A DNA stretch of 60,554 nt, filler included. It is 5 parts of 5 records of this genome, joined end to end, with 100 filler letters (N's around TTAATTAATTAA, not from the genome) between each part and the next. Parts side by side here need not be neighbours in the genome. Positions count along the whole stretch, not along the records: positions 1 to 16,314 come from SRR31156797_45537; 4 more parts are not named here. One strand, given 5' to 3'. Positions within the stretch are counted from its first letter, which is position 1. Each line of letters opens with the position of its first letter. A model generated the notes under the pieces. It was not told where the DNA came from. It did no database searches and saw only the letters and a list, made by a program, of their open reading frames with translations. The position numbers and the translations under genes were made by a program. This document shows positions 1-9,988 of the stretch, one piece after another.

Positions 1-913
1 AGTTCCGGTGCAGGCGCCCGTCTTTGCGGGCTTTGTCCAGAGAATCATCGGCCCTGGCGAAATGATCAAGCCCGATCGCCTCGTAGCCGGCTTCGATCAG
101 ACGGGCGGCAGCCGCCTGCGCCTGGCCCCAACGTGCCGCCGAATCGGGAAGAGCGTCCGTATCGATGAGTTTCTGGTGCGCTTTCATCCACGGAACATGC
201 GCGTATCCGAACAGCGCGATGCGCTGGGGATTGAGCTTGACGGCCTGATCGACCGTGGAAACCACGCGTTCCGTCGTCTGATGGGGAAGGCCGTACATGA
301 GATCCATGTTGAGACCGGTAATGCCATGGTCGCGAAGCCAGCCAACGACGCGTTCGGTCGTTTCGAAACTCTGTATGCGATTGACCGCTTTTTGCACCTC
401 GGGATCGAAATCCTGAACCCCGATGCTGGCCCGGTTGACGCCGGCGCCGGCAAGAGCCTGCACATAATCTTCCGTGGTGTCGCGCGGGTCCATTTCGACG
501 GCGATCTCGGCGTCGGAGGCGATGTCGAAATGCCGGCCAATCCAATCCGAGAATTGACGCCAGTCGTCGCCGCTGAGGATGGTCGGGCTGCCGCCGCCCC
601 AATGGATATGAGAGGCCTTCAGGCGGCCAGGCAGGCAGCATGAAACCAAATCAATTTCTTTATTTATTACCTTAATATATTCCGATACCGGTTTGTAATT
701 TCTTATTATTTTAGTATGGCATCCGCAAAACCAGCAAAGGGTGTCACAAAACGGAATGTGGAAATAAAGGGACACATCCTGTGCCGGATCCAAGCCGCCG
801 AGCCATTCGACATAGCGATCCGGACCGACCGCTTCGGTAAAATGCGGTGCGGTTGGATAACTGGTGTAGCGGGGGACCCGCATGTCATATCGTTCGGCGA
901 TATTTACCGTCAT
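1..913 (-). CDS. hemN: Oxygen-independent coproporphyrinogen III oxidase (radical SAM), 3' end runs off window
   Basis: Manual minus-strand translation from ATG at 913: MTVNIAERYDMRVPRYTSYPTAPHF...LYFHIPFCDTLCWFCGC...HWGGGSPT...NRASIGVQDFD...DLMYGLPHQ...LFGYAHVPW...IGLDHFA. Has the CxxxCxxC motif and HemN signatures. Absent from the ORF track because the stop lies outside the window. Confidence 0.95.
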   Translation of the reverse strand, partial: MTVNIAERYDMRVPRYTSYPTAPHFTEAVGPDRYVEWLGGLDPAQDVSLYFHIPFCDTLCWFCGCHTKIIRNYKPVSEYIKVINKEIDLVSCCLPGRLKASHIHWGGGSPTILSGDDWRQFSDWIGRHFDIASDAEIAVEMDPRDTTEDYVQALAGAGVNRASIGVQDFDPEVQKAVNRIQSFETTERVVGWLRDHGITGLNMDLMYGLPHQTTERVVSTVDQAVKLNPQRIALFGYAHVPWMKAHQKLIDTDALPDSAARWGQAQAAAARLIEAGYEAIGLDHFARADDSLDKARKDGRLHRN

Positions 914-1044
914 CTATCAACCAATGCTTCCCGGTTCTTCCGCGCAGTGACGAAGTGCCTGTCAATAGTTAGCGATTTCCGTCCGCCTGTGCCACATCCG
1001 TGGCAACCGATTGTCCATTCATAGGCAATTCCAATGTTGGACAG

Positions 1045-2322
1045 TCACTTCGCGATTTGACAATGGGTTTCGCGCATCAACGCGGCGGCAAGGAAAAAGA
1101 GGATGGAAGACACAACATAGGTCAGGAAGGCTACATCATAGGCCGCAGGAGAATAAACCCGGGCACCGGCCTCCATCCTTCCGTCCCAGTTCTGATCCAG
1201 CAGCCATCCGATGAATGGCTGCAAAGCGGCACTCAATCCCATGGCCCACAAATTGATGAATCCCATGGCAGTGCCCGATATTCCGCGTCCGGCATGTTCC
1301 CGTCCGGCCGCAAAAGATATGACCGAAGAAGCCCCGGCGAAGCCAAGCAGGAAAAGAAGGGCATTCAGGGCCGGCTCGCCTAGGTCCGGAACATAGTTGA
1401 TGCCAAGGATCGCACAGGATGCAACGATGGAACCGACCAGCACCGGGGCCTTTCGGCGCTGGATACGATCGGAAATCCAACCGATCAATGGAGCACCGAC
1501 GGCCCAACCGATCAGTATCAGCGACAGGCTGCCGGCCGCCGTCGTTCGGGTCATCCCGTAGACGGAAACAAGGTAGGGAACCCCCCAAAGGCTGGCGAAG
1601 GTTAAAAGCGGGACGCCGCCCATCGCAACGACCGCAGCATTGACCCAGACCTGTGGCTTTGCGGCCAATTGGCCGATATCAACCCAAACCGACGACCTGG
1701 ACGACTGGTTCGCGGCATTCGAAACACCGCTTGCCGGATCGCGAATGACCCACCAGAAAAAAGCGGCCAACAACGCTCCGTAGATCGATGCGGCGAACAT
1801 GGTTTCGCGCCATCCGAACCGGTCGATAAGGGTAGCCAACGGGGCCAAACCGCCGACCGCTCCGGTCATGCCGATCATCGCCGTAAGGCCAGCGACCAGG
1901 GCAAACCGCTTTGGCGGAAACCAGATTGAGATCAAGGTCAACGTGCCGATCCAGGCAAAGGCCGAACCGGCGCCAATCATGGCGCGGCCAAGATAGGCCA
2001 TGGTCAGGGTGCCGGCGGAAGCGAACAGGATGGTTCCGACCGAGCAAAACAGTGCCGCCAGCGTCAGAACGCGACGCGGCCCCCAGCGATCGAGCATCAA
2101 ACCGAGCGGAATCTGCAACGCCGTGTAGGTATAGAAATAGAACGCCGACAACGTGCCCAGAATGGCGCCGCCCACCGCGAATTCGCCCATGAGATCGTTG
2201 CCCATGACATTGGGCGTCACCCGATGGAAAAACGAATAAAAGAAAAACAGGGCACCGGCGGCCCAAACGATCCATGGGTATGCCGGGCTTCCGCGCCATC
2301 CTGAAATGCCGGATTTGGTCAT
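1045..2322 (-). CDS. MFS transporter
   Basis: About 12 hydrophobic segments; motif A-like GLMLDRWGPRR and GWISDRIQRRK. Start placed at MTKSG (2322). Confidence 0.9.
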   Translation of the reverse strand: MTKSGISGWRGSPAYPWIVWAAGALFFFYSFFHRVTPNVMGNDLMGEFAVGGAILGTLSAFYFYTYTALQIPLGLMLDRWGPRRVLTLAALFCSVGTILFASAGTLTMAYLGRAMIGAGSAFAWIGTLTLISIWFPPKRFALVAGLTAMIGMTGAVGGLAPLATLIDRFGWRETMFAASIYGALLAAFFWWVIRDPASGVSNAANQSSRSSVWVDIGQLAAKPQVWVNAAVVAMGGVPLLTFASLWGVPYLVSVYGMTRTTAAGSLSLILIGWAVGAPLIGWISDRIQRRKAPVLVGSIVASCAILGINYVPDLGEPALNALLFLLGFAGASSVISFAAGREHAGRGISGTAMGFINLWAMGLSAALQPFIGWLLDQNWDGRMEAGARVYSPAAYDVAFLTYVVSSILFFLAAALMRETHCQIAK

Positions 2323-2714
2323 TTTTTCTGGTTTCCTCAGCCGTCGATCCGGCTGACAGAGCATTACAGCACGCCCGCGACCATGTCACGAATATGCTTG
2401 GCGTTGTTCTCGATACTGATCTCCATCGATATCCGTCTTGCGCCGCCGACCGGGTAAGCCGGAGTTTTCCCATTTGCCGCAAAATGATAGAATTGATGCC
2501 GGTAAAGGATGCGGCTCATTCGGGTGGCCGGAGCCAAGCAGCGAACCGGCCGTCACCAATCGGTTGATCCGCCAATACCCCCGATGATGGGAACGACATT
2601 GGCCGGTCCCACCAGACGCCGCCAACACAAAACAACAGATCGACCGGACCTCGGTCCTTGACGGCCCGGTCCGCCGCCTTTGCCCCGCCACCCCGACAGA
2701 AACGGGAGGGCAGC

Positions 2715-3185
2715 ATGACGATTGCGAAAAAAGTCGACGATTTCATGGCCGACTCGGGCATTGAATTCGATCTGGTGTCCCACGAACGCACAGAATCCAG
2801 CAGTCGCACGGCGAGTGCCGCCCATGTCAAGGGTGAGCACCTGGCAAAATCAGTCGTTCTTCACGATGGCGAACGGTATGTGCTTGGGGTTGTTCCCAGC
2901 ACGCACCGTATCGAATTGGATACGCTTGGCGAAATGCTCAAACGGCGACTGACGTTGGCGAGCGAAGCCGAGATAGCACGCCTGTTCGAGGATTGTGCGA
3001 TCGGAGCCGACCCGCCGTTAGGTGGCGCTTACGGCCTGTCTGTCGTGGTTGACGACGCGCTAATGGAAAAGGACGATGTCTACTTCGAAGGCGGCGACCA
3101 CGAGACTCTGGTTCACGTTACCGCCAGCGGATTCGAAAGGTTGATGCGCAACGCCGAACGGGGCCGTTTCAGCCACCACGTTTGA
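2715..3185 (+). CDS. YbaK/ProX-family aminoacyl-tRNA deacylase
   Basis: LAKSVVL, LASEAEI, DCAIGADPPLG and YFEGGDH motifs; GGAGGG RBS before ATG 2715. Confidence 0.85.
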   Translation: MTIAKKVDDFMADSGIEFDLVSHERTESSSRTASAAHVKGEHLAKSVVLHDGERYVLGVVPSTHRIELDTLGEMLKRRLTLASEAEIARLFEDCAIGADPPLGGAYGLSVVVDDALMEKDDVYFEGGDHETLVHVTASGFERLMRNAERGRFSHHV

Positions 3186-3254
3186 GCGGGCCGGGACCGG
3201 CACAGCAGATCCCGGTTGTGCGAGACAGCCGGGCAGTTCCGGCTTTCGACTGAG

Positions 3255-3647
3255 CTAGGCTTTGGTTAGGCGATCATGCAGGGATTGGACATATTTCCGA
3301 TCCATATCCGTGAAATCGCCTTCGTTGATGTCGTCACGGTACATCTCGAGTTCTTCTCGCATGTCGTCGGACAGGTCCGATTTGGCCAAAAGGCCTTCAA
3401 TCAACCTGAGAGCTTCCTGGTCGTCCGGTGGCGGCGATTTCGAGCCGGAGGACGATACCGGTTCATCCGACTCGGAAGTGCTGCTCTCGGCATCGGAATC
3501 CGGCACCAGGAGATCATTCCAATTGGTTCCGGCTTCGTTGACTTTGCTATCGATTTCCCGAGCCGCCGAAAGAACGACCTCGTCATTCTCGGCCCCAAGA
3601 TTTGAAAGCAGTTGAATCAGTTCTTCACGGTTCAACGAATTCGCCAT
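3255..3647 (-). CDS. Hypothetical acidic protein
   Basis: 130-aa ORF with GAGG RBS; two helical blocks joined by a Ser/Glu linker; no function recognised. Confidence 0.65.
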   Translation of the reverse strand: MANSLNREELIQLLSNLGAENDEVVLSAAREIDSKVNEAGTNWNDLLVPDSDAESSTSESDEPVSSSGSKSPPPDDQEALRLIEGLLAKSDLSDDMREELEMYRDDINEGDFTDMDRKYVQSLHDRLTKA

Positions 3648-3924
3648 TTTTTCCTCGTTCGAAATGCCGGCCCCTAGAGTACGGGGCGAAAACTAGACCA
3701 TTTCCCATCGAAGCGCCAGTTTCGCGCAAAATCCTGGGCCAGGTCTCCATGAATCGAGAAATGCTGAAATAAGCCTTTCGAATCATTCGACTTTTTACTT
3801 CAGCAACCAGAAATGTTGACCGAATCGCGCAAAACCATAAGCTTAGACCTGTCCAGGAAGAACCGATTGAACAGGACAATGACGCCGGAGATCCGGCGCC
3901 GGGATCGGGAGGAGACCAGGAATC

Positions 3925-5250
3925 ATGGCAATCAGCATTGCCATCGTCGGCGCCGGCCCAAGCGGTTTCTACGCCGCACAGGCCCTGATCGACCGCGGAC
4001 AGGATTGCGAAATCGACCTGATCGACACCTTGCCGACACCTTACGGCCTGATTCGCGGCGGCGTCGCACCCGACCATCAGCATACGAAACGGGTGATCCG
4101 CAACTACGAGGAGACGGCCCAGGTCAATCAGGTTCATTTCTACGGAAATGTCGAAGCCGGGCGGGATATCAGCATCCTTGAACTGCGATCGCTTTACGAT
4201 GCCGTCATTCTTGCCATCGGCATGCCCATGGACCGGGGGCTCAATCTGCTTGGCGGTCCGATGGCCGGTGTCTACGGCGCGGCCGAGTTCGTCGGCTGGT
4301 ACAACGGCCATCCGGCCCATCGTGAATTGAACCCCGGCCTCAACCACAAACGCATCGCCGTCATCGGCAATGGCAATGTGGCCCTGGACGTTGGCCGCCT
4401 TCTGGCCAAATCTCGGGAAGAGATGGCGATAACCGACATGCCGGACTACGCCATCGACGCCATTCAGAATTCTCCAATCGAGGATATTTACATATTCGGC
4501 CGACGCGGACCGGCCGAAGCGAAATTCACCAATGTCGAATTGCGCGAAATCGGCAGGCTTTCAGAATGCGCCCCGATCGTCGATGCGGAGGAACTTCCGG
4601 ACGAGATTACCGGAGAAATGTCGGATCGCGACCGGCGTCTTCGGGCGAAAAATATCGAGACGTTCCGGGCGTTTTCCGAAATGGATCCGACCGGAAAAAA
4701 GAAACGCCTTCATTTCTGTTTCCGATCCATGCCTCTGGAGATTCTGGGCAAGGAACGGGTCGAAGGGCTGCGCCTTCAGAGAACCGAGATCGAAGACGGC
4801 GAAGCGATGGGAACGGGACGCTATTACGACGTCCTGTGCGGCGCCATCATTGCCGCCATCGGATACCGCATGGGGCCGCTGGAAGGCGTTCCGCTGGATG
4901 GCCGGCGCGGTACCGTCGTCAATGACGACGGCCGAGTCGGGAACGGTTTCTATGCCGTCGGCTGGGCAAAAAGGGGACCGGTCGGGGTCATTTCGAGCAA
5001 CAAGCCGGATGGCGAGCATGTTGCCGAACAGGTCGAAGAGGATTTTACGTCGGGCGAAAAACCAGGCCGGCAGGCGTTCGAGGAACATCTGACAGCCCGC
5101 GGCGTGCGGTGGGTCACCTTCGACGATTGGAAATTCATCGATGAAGCGGAAATCGCGGCCGCCGACGACGGCGCGCCAAGAAGAAAGTTCGTCAGCGTCG
5201 ACGACATGATTTCGTTTATCGACGAGGAAAAACGGAAATCGGACACCTGA
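3925..5250 (+). CDS. Ferredoxin--NADP+ reductase, adrenodoxin-reductase/FprA type
   Basis: GAGPSG FAD motif, PYGLIRGGVAPDH, VGWYNGHP, IGNGNVALDV, GRRGP, GWAKRGPVGVI. Confidence 0.92.
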   Translation: MAISIAIVGAGPSGFYAAQALIDRGQDCEIDLIDTLPTPYGLIRGGVAPDHQHTKRVIRNYEETAQVNQVHFYGNVEAGRDISILELRSLYDAVILAIGMPMDRGLNLLGGPMAGVYGAAEFVGWYNGHPAHRELNPGLNHKRIAVIGNGNVALDVGRLLAKSREEMAITDMPDYAIDAIQNSPIEDIYIFGRRGPAEAKFTNVELREIGRLSECAPIVDAEELPDEITGEMSDRDRRLRAKNIETFRAFSEMDPTGKKKRLHFCFRSMPLEILGKERVEGLRLQRTEIEDGEAMGTGRYYDVLCGAIIAAIGYRMGPLEGVPLDGRRGTVVNDDGRVGNGFYAVGWAKRGPVGVISSNKPDGEHVAEQVEEDFTSGEKPGRQAFEEHLTARGVRWVTFDDWKFIDEAEIAAADDGAPRRKFVSVDDMISFIDEEKRKSDT

Positions 5251-5348
5251 TTGTTTCGGTTTCTTCGCAGGAACGCCGGAAAGTTTCCGCAATCAAAACC
5301 GGCGCCACAAGGGCGCCGGTTGATTATTAAAGGGGCAGGGGAAGCGTT

Positions 5349-6203
5349 TCAGTTCACATCTTCCCAGGCCACGACATCCTGGCGCTGTTCACCCAGGCCC
5401 TCGACCCCCAACCGCATGACGTCGCCTGCCTTCAGGAAGATCGGTGGGTTGTAACCGAGTCCGACACCGGGCGGTGTTCCGGTGGTTATGACGTCACCGG
5501 GCAAAAGGGACATGAACCTGCTGACGTAGCTGATCAGGTGGGCAACGCCGAAAATCATCGTCGAGGTGTTACCGGTTTGCCGGCGTTCGCCGTTGACTTC
5601 CAACCAAAGGTTCAACTTCTGGGGATTTGGAATTTCGTCACGGGTGACAAGCCACGGCCCAAGCGGCGCCGAGGTATCGAAGCTTTTTCCCTTGACCCAT
5701 TGACCGCCCATCTCGAGCTGGTAGGCACGTTCGGATACATCGTTCATGACGGCATAACCGGCGACGTATTCAAGCGCTTCGGATTCCTCGACATACTGCG
5801 CCTTGCGTCCGATGACGACGGCCAGTTCCACCTCCCAGTCGGATTTCGCCGACCCCTTCGGCATAACAACGCGATCGTTGGGACCATTCAACGCCGTAAC
5901 CGCCTTGGAGAACATGACCGGCTCGGTCGGAAGTTCCATGCCGGATTCCTTCGCGTGTTCGGAATAGTTCAGGCCGATGGCGACGATCTTGCCTATCCCG
6001 GCAACCGGAACCCCAATCCTCGGCGATCCTTCGACTGCCGGCAGAGTGGCGGCGTCGATGCCCGACAACGCGCTCAACCGTTCCGGCGACAACGTCGCGG
6101 CGTCAATATCCGAAACATGATTGGAAAGATCACGAATGCGCCCTGAATCATCAAGAATTCCGGGCTTTTCCTCCCCCTGAGGACCAAAACGAAGCAGCTT
6201 CAT
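5349..6203 (-). CDS. Fumarylacetoacetate hydrolase family protein
   Basis: IGLNYSEH, DWEVEL, NDVSER, KGKSFD and TGTPPGVG motifs; start at MKLLRFG. Confidence 0.92.
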   Translation of the reverse strand: MKLLRFGPQGEEKPGILDDSGRIRDLSNHVSDIDAATLSPERLSALSGIDAATLPAVEGSPRIGVPVAGIGKIVAIGLNYSEHAKESGMELPTEPVMFSKAVTALNGPNDRVVMPKGSAKSDWEVELAVVIGRKAQYVEESEALEYVAGYAVMNDVSERAYQLEMGGQWVKGKSFDTSAPLGPWLVTRDEIPNPQKLNLWLEVNGERRQTGNTSTMIFGVAHLISYVSRFMSLLPGDVITTGTPPGVGLGYNPPIFLKAGDVMRLGVEGLGEQRQDVVAWEDVN

Positions 6204-6560
6204 ATTATTCTCCCGCTTGTGCCAGAAATGATTGGCCAGCGACTTGCGCATCCAATCATATCACCGGCCCGGCCATTAAAACGGCCTGACGCGGGCTGAA
6301 GAATGGCGCAATTTTATTGAAAATCACACAAAATTTTTTTTAAATAAACAGTAAATAAAAAATAAATAAAAAGTCCTGAATTTCCCTTTTGCATAATAAA
6401 TTGCAAGTCAAAATAAAATATTGTATTATGCAGAGTTGGGTTGTCCTGGCGTGCGGCGCTTGCACATGATTTCGGTTCGTTTAACGGCATCGGCGTTCGT
6501 CATTGAATTTGTGTTAACGACCGGGATGAAGTCAATCCGACCAGCAATGTAGATGGCGGT

Positions 6561-7142
6561 ATGAAAAACCCATTGTCGAAGCTGCGAAGAGTCATCGCCG
6601 ACAGGTCCGGTTCGACGGCGGTCGAGTTTGCGTTGGTGATAACGCCGCTGTCGGTCCTGATGGTCGGGATCATCGAATTCGGAATGATCATGTTTGCCGG
6701 GATTCTGATGGAAAGCGGTCTGCGCGACGCTTCCAGGTTCGGGATCACGGGATTCGAAGAGCCGGGAGCCAGTCGCTTGGAACGCATCGTTCAGATCGTT
6801 TCCGAGCACACGCTTGGCCTCGTCGACATGTCCTCGGCAAAGTTTGAAGTCCTGGTTTACCCCAATTTCGCCGATATCGGACAAGGCGAGGCGTTCGTCG
6901 ACGGCAACGGCAACAGTACCTACGACGTCGGCGAAACATTCACCGACGAAAACGGAAACGGAAGTTGGGATTCGGATGTCGGCACCCCGGGTGCCGGCGA
7001 TTCCGGCGACATCGTCGTTTACCGCATCGAATATGACTGGCCTCTTTTGACACCGTTCGCCGGAACCTTCATCGGAACCGACGGCACGTTTCCGGTACGT
7101 GCTTCGATTGCGGTACGAAATGAACCCTGGGAAACAAGCTGA
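6561..7142 (+). CDS. TadE/TadG-family pseudopilin
   Basis: Prepilin motif DRSG|STAVEFAL followed by a hydrophobic helix; C-terminal RNEPW. Confidence 0.88.
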   Translation: MKNPLSKLRRVIADRSGSTAVEFALVITPLSVLMVGIIEFGMIMFAGILMESGLRDASRFGITGFEEPGASRLERIVQIVSEHTLGLVDMSSAKFEVLVYPNFADIGQGEAFVDGNGNSTYDVGETFTDENGNGSWDSDVGTPGAGDSGDIVVYRIEYDWPLLTPFAGTFIGTDGTFPVRASIAVRNEPWETS

Positions 7143-7172
7143 TCAGGGCCTGAAGACATCGGGAATAGCATT

Positions 7173-7724
7173 ATGATCGGCCAATGGATCCGACGATTTA
7201 TGAAAGACCGGCGAGGCACCCTCGCCATCGAAACGGCAATGGCCATCCCTGTGTTGGCAACGCTTGTCCTGTCCGGGATCGAGGTAACGAGATACGTCCT
7301 GCTCAATCAAAAGATCGAACGTGCCTCGGCGACCATGGCCGATCTCGTTTCACAGGCAGAAACCCTGGGTGAAGCCGACCTTGTCAGCCTCTTCAACGCA
7401 ACCGGCTTTGTGGTCGATCCGTTCGACCTTGCCGCCGACGGCCGGATTATCGTCTCCTCGATCAGCAGAACGGGTACCGCATCGGCGCACGTCAACTGGC
7501 AGCGCGGGTTCGGCGGCGGTAGCGGCAGCAGTACATTTGGCGTTGAAGGCGGCAATGCCGTGCTTCCTTCAGGATTCGTCGTCCGTACCGGCGAGAGCAT
7601 AGTCGTCGGGGAGGCCTTTTTCGATTTTACGCCCCTCTTCACCGACGGTGTCGTCGGCAATACCACCGTTTACAGTTCCGCCGTCCTGCGCCCACGTTTC
7701 GGCACCTTGACCAGCCTGAACTGA
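7173..7724 (+). CDS. TadE/TadF-like pseudopilin
   Basis: DRRG|TLAIETAM prepilin motif; ADLVSQ and C-terminal RPR, typical of CpaJ/K-like pseudopilins. Confidence 0.88.
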   Translation: MIGQWIRRFMKDRRGTLAIETAMAIPVLATLVLSGIEVTRYVLLNQKIERASATMADLVSQAETLGEADLVSLFNATGFVVDPFDLAADGRIIVSSISRTGTASAHVNWQRGFGGGSGSSTFGVEGGNAVLPSGFVVRTGESIVVGEAFFDFTPLFTDGVVGNTTVYSSAVLRPRFGTLTSLN

Positions 7725-7807
7725 TCACCCCCATCCGTTCTTGGAGCAGCACAGAAATGCCGAGCCGCGTCCGGTATCGGCGGATTCCTGTAACGCAGGG
7801 TATCGGG

Positions 7808-9283
7808 CTATTTCGATAGGCGCAGTTCGGACAAATGATTGGCAATTTCGTGGAATACGGCAGCCAGGGCATCGCCGTCCGGTGCGTAATGATAGAAGGG
7901 GGAATCAGGGCCGCTGGCGGCCTGCCGCAACAGGGTTTGCAGGGCGGTACCGTCATTGGCGAATTGAATGACATAGACGATGACCCCGTCGGCCTTGATG
8001 TTCCCGGCAAGTTCAAGGAGTCTCGCGTCCATATCCGGCCGGGCGGCACCACCGAGACCGAACGTGGTTTTATACCCATCTCCGGACCCGCCGTAGTTCT
8101 CGCCATCGGTCAAAAGGACAATGGCTTGCTGGCGCGGAATACCTGGATCGGGATCGGCTTCGGTGAAGGGCGCGTCGGGCGTAAGCACGCGCCAGGCCCA
8201 GCCAAGACCTTGCGGAATGTTTGTGGTTCCGGTTGGATATTGCAGGTCGTTGATGGCATCGACGATGGTTTGCTTGGTCTTTTGCAGCGCCGTGATGCCG
8301 TGATCCAGGCATTGCCGGCATTCGCTGCCGTCGACGGCCAGCGTGCATTGCGCGGTTCCCGGCACCGGTTCGCCTTCCGGCCCGATCGGTTGCCAGGCCG
8401 GCCAGTCCGCGCCGGTAAGCAGAACCGGGCCGTGGAGCGTATCGGCGTCTGAATTCGGATCGCCGTCATCGATAAAACGTGAAAATACGCAACCCTGCCA
8501 ATCGGCCGGCGGCGAGGCCAAAAGCGGAACCGGCGAATTGTTAGCGTAGTAGATGTCGTTTTGCCCGCCGCCCGTTTCCGGATTGGTGAAAGCAGCGACC
8601 GGCTGGGTGGAGGTCAGCGTGTCATCAAAGACCGTCCCGTCCCGGGTGACATTGACCTTCCCATTCCACGGCACCAATCCGATCTGCAGCAGATCCTTTG
8701 TCCCGTCATGACCGAACAGAATATCGACAAGAATGTTTGCCGCGTCGCGCGCCGCGGCGATGCGGCTGGTGCCGCTTCCCGAGGACGAACTCATCGACCC
8801 GGACATGTCCATGGCCAAAACCACGTCCAACATTTCCATCTGGCGGGTGATCTCGGCGACCGCCGATACGGTGATGGTATCGAACCCGAACAGCCTCATG
8901 AACGCGGTCGGCACCGTCGCCGAAGCCGATATCTCGATGGTTTCGTTTCCCTCGTCGACCGTAAAGTTCGGCCCGCTGACAGACGCCCCCATAAAACCCG
9001 TTGGAAAATTCGCATTGAAGAACATGACGATATCTTCGTCGCGGGTGTCGGAAAAGAAGGCGCGTCCGCCGGCAAGTCCGGCCGCGTCGACGGCCGACGA
9101 CAGGCGCGATTTCACCATGAAGGCACGGGCTGAATCCGTGCCGATACCGACGAAGCCGACAAGCGGCACTATTGCAAAGGCAACGAACACGGCAACGGCG
9201 CCCCGTCGATCATCAAATAGACGACCGGCACCCGAAGAAAACTGTCGAAAGAAACCGAAAATAGCGGCAAGCGTTTGACGCAT
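7808..9283 (-). CDS. TadG-like pilus protein with von Willebrand A domain
   Basis: DRRG|AVAVFVA N-terminus, AVDAAGLAG, and MIDAS elements DMSGSM, GTTN, LLTDGEN. Confidence 0.9.
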   Translation of the reverse strand: MRQTLAAIFGFFRQFSSGAGRLFDDRRGAVAVFVAFAIVPLVGFVGIGTDSARAFMVKSRLSSAVDAAGLAGGRAFFSDTRDEDIVMFFNANFPTGFMGASVSGPNFTVDEGNETIEISASATVPTAFMRLFGFDTITVSAVAEITRQMEMLDVVLAMDMSGSMSSSSGSGTSRIAAARDAANILVDILFGHDGTKDLLQIGLVPWNGKVNVTRDGTVFDDTLTSTQPVAAFTNPETGGGQNDIYYANNSPVPLLASPPADWQGCVFSRFIDDGDPNSDADTLHGPVLLTGADWPAWQPIGPEGEPVPGTAQCTLAVDGSECRQCLDHGITALQKTKQTIVDAINDLQYPTGTTNIPQGLGWAWRVLTPDAPFTEADPDPGIPRQQAIVLLTDGENYGGSGDGYKTTFGLGGAARPDMDARLLELAGNIKADGVIVYVIQFANDGTALQTLLRQAASGPDSPFYHYAPDGDALAAVFHEIANHLSELRLSK

Positions 9284-9546
9284 GGCCTAGCGGCCTCCAT
9301 CCGGAAACACTCCTTATAAATATACATAGTATTAATTGGTGAAACAAATTTTTTATTTGATATCAAATCAATAAAACAATGATTAAGTGCTTATTGTTAT
9401 TTAAATAAAATTTTATCTATTTTGATAAATTGCACCGAGACAAATTACCGAAATTTTGACGGTAAATTTGTCGGAATTTTCAGAAAAACTTCCCTTAAAT
9501 AAAAAAGATTATATAAACAAATAAAAAATCTAAAAATTTATGATGT

Positions 9547-9562
9547 TGTGACAACCGTCACA
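9547..9562. promoter_or_regulatory. CRP/Clr-type palindromic operator upstream of flp
   Basis: TGTGA-CAACCG-TCACA is an exact TGTGA-N6-TCACA match in the AT-rich divergent tadG/flp intergenic region. Confidence 0.55.
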
Positions 9563-9637
9563 GTATTAATTCAATAAAGAAATAAATAATAATAGTGACA
9601 GAGTTTCACACTTCCTAAGTTTGAAAGGGATGTTGCA

Positions 9638-9829
9638 ATGATTATCGAAACCGTCCGAAAAGTTATCAAGGACGAGTCCGGAGCAACGGCCATCGAATAT
9701 GGCTTGATCGCGGCCCTCGTTTCCGTCGCGGCGATCGCCGCTCTGACCACCATGGGCGATACACTGAGGCAGATGTTCGAAGCTGTTTCCGCAGCTTTGG
9801 CAGGTGCCATCGCTGGTGCCGGCGGCTGA
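9638..9829 (+). CDS. flp: Flp/PilA type IV (Tad) pilin
   Basis: KDESG|ATAIEYGLIAALVSVA, the canonical Flp motif. Confidence 0.95.
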   Translation: MIIETVRKVIKDESGATAIEYGLIAALVSVAAIAALTTMGDTLRQMFEAVSAALAGAIAGAGG

Positions 9830-9988
9830 GCACCTTACCCCACACCTGTGTCCTGCGTCCTTTGCCTTCGGGTGAAGGAGCGTCCTTCCCCGGGCTGTTC
9901 CCACCGACGGCTCGGGGAGGGGCGGAACCCTCAAAAAAACCAGGATATTTACCGATATTGGCCCCGTCACATTCCGAAAGAGCCCCCG

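Noticed and set aside
8-1024. Track ORFs 8..643(+), 66..641(-), 184..540(-), 706..888(-), 716..1024(+)
   Set aside because: Shadow or alternative frames of hemN (1-913, minus strand), which has clear family motifs.
6340-6354. Possible CtrA box TTAA-N7-GTAA upstream of tadE
   Set aside because: One mismatch in extremely AT-rich DNA; too likely to arise by chance.
9357-9371. Possible FNR box TTGAT...ATCAA
   Set aside because: Half-site spacing is 0 or 5 nt, not the required 4.
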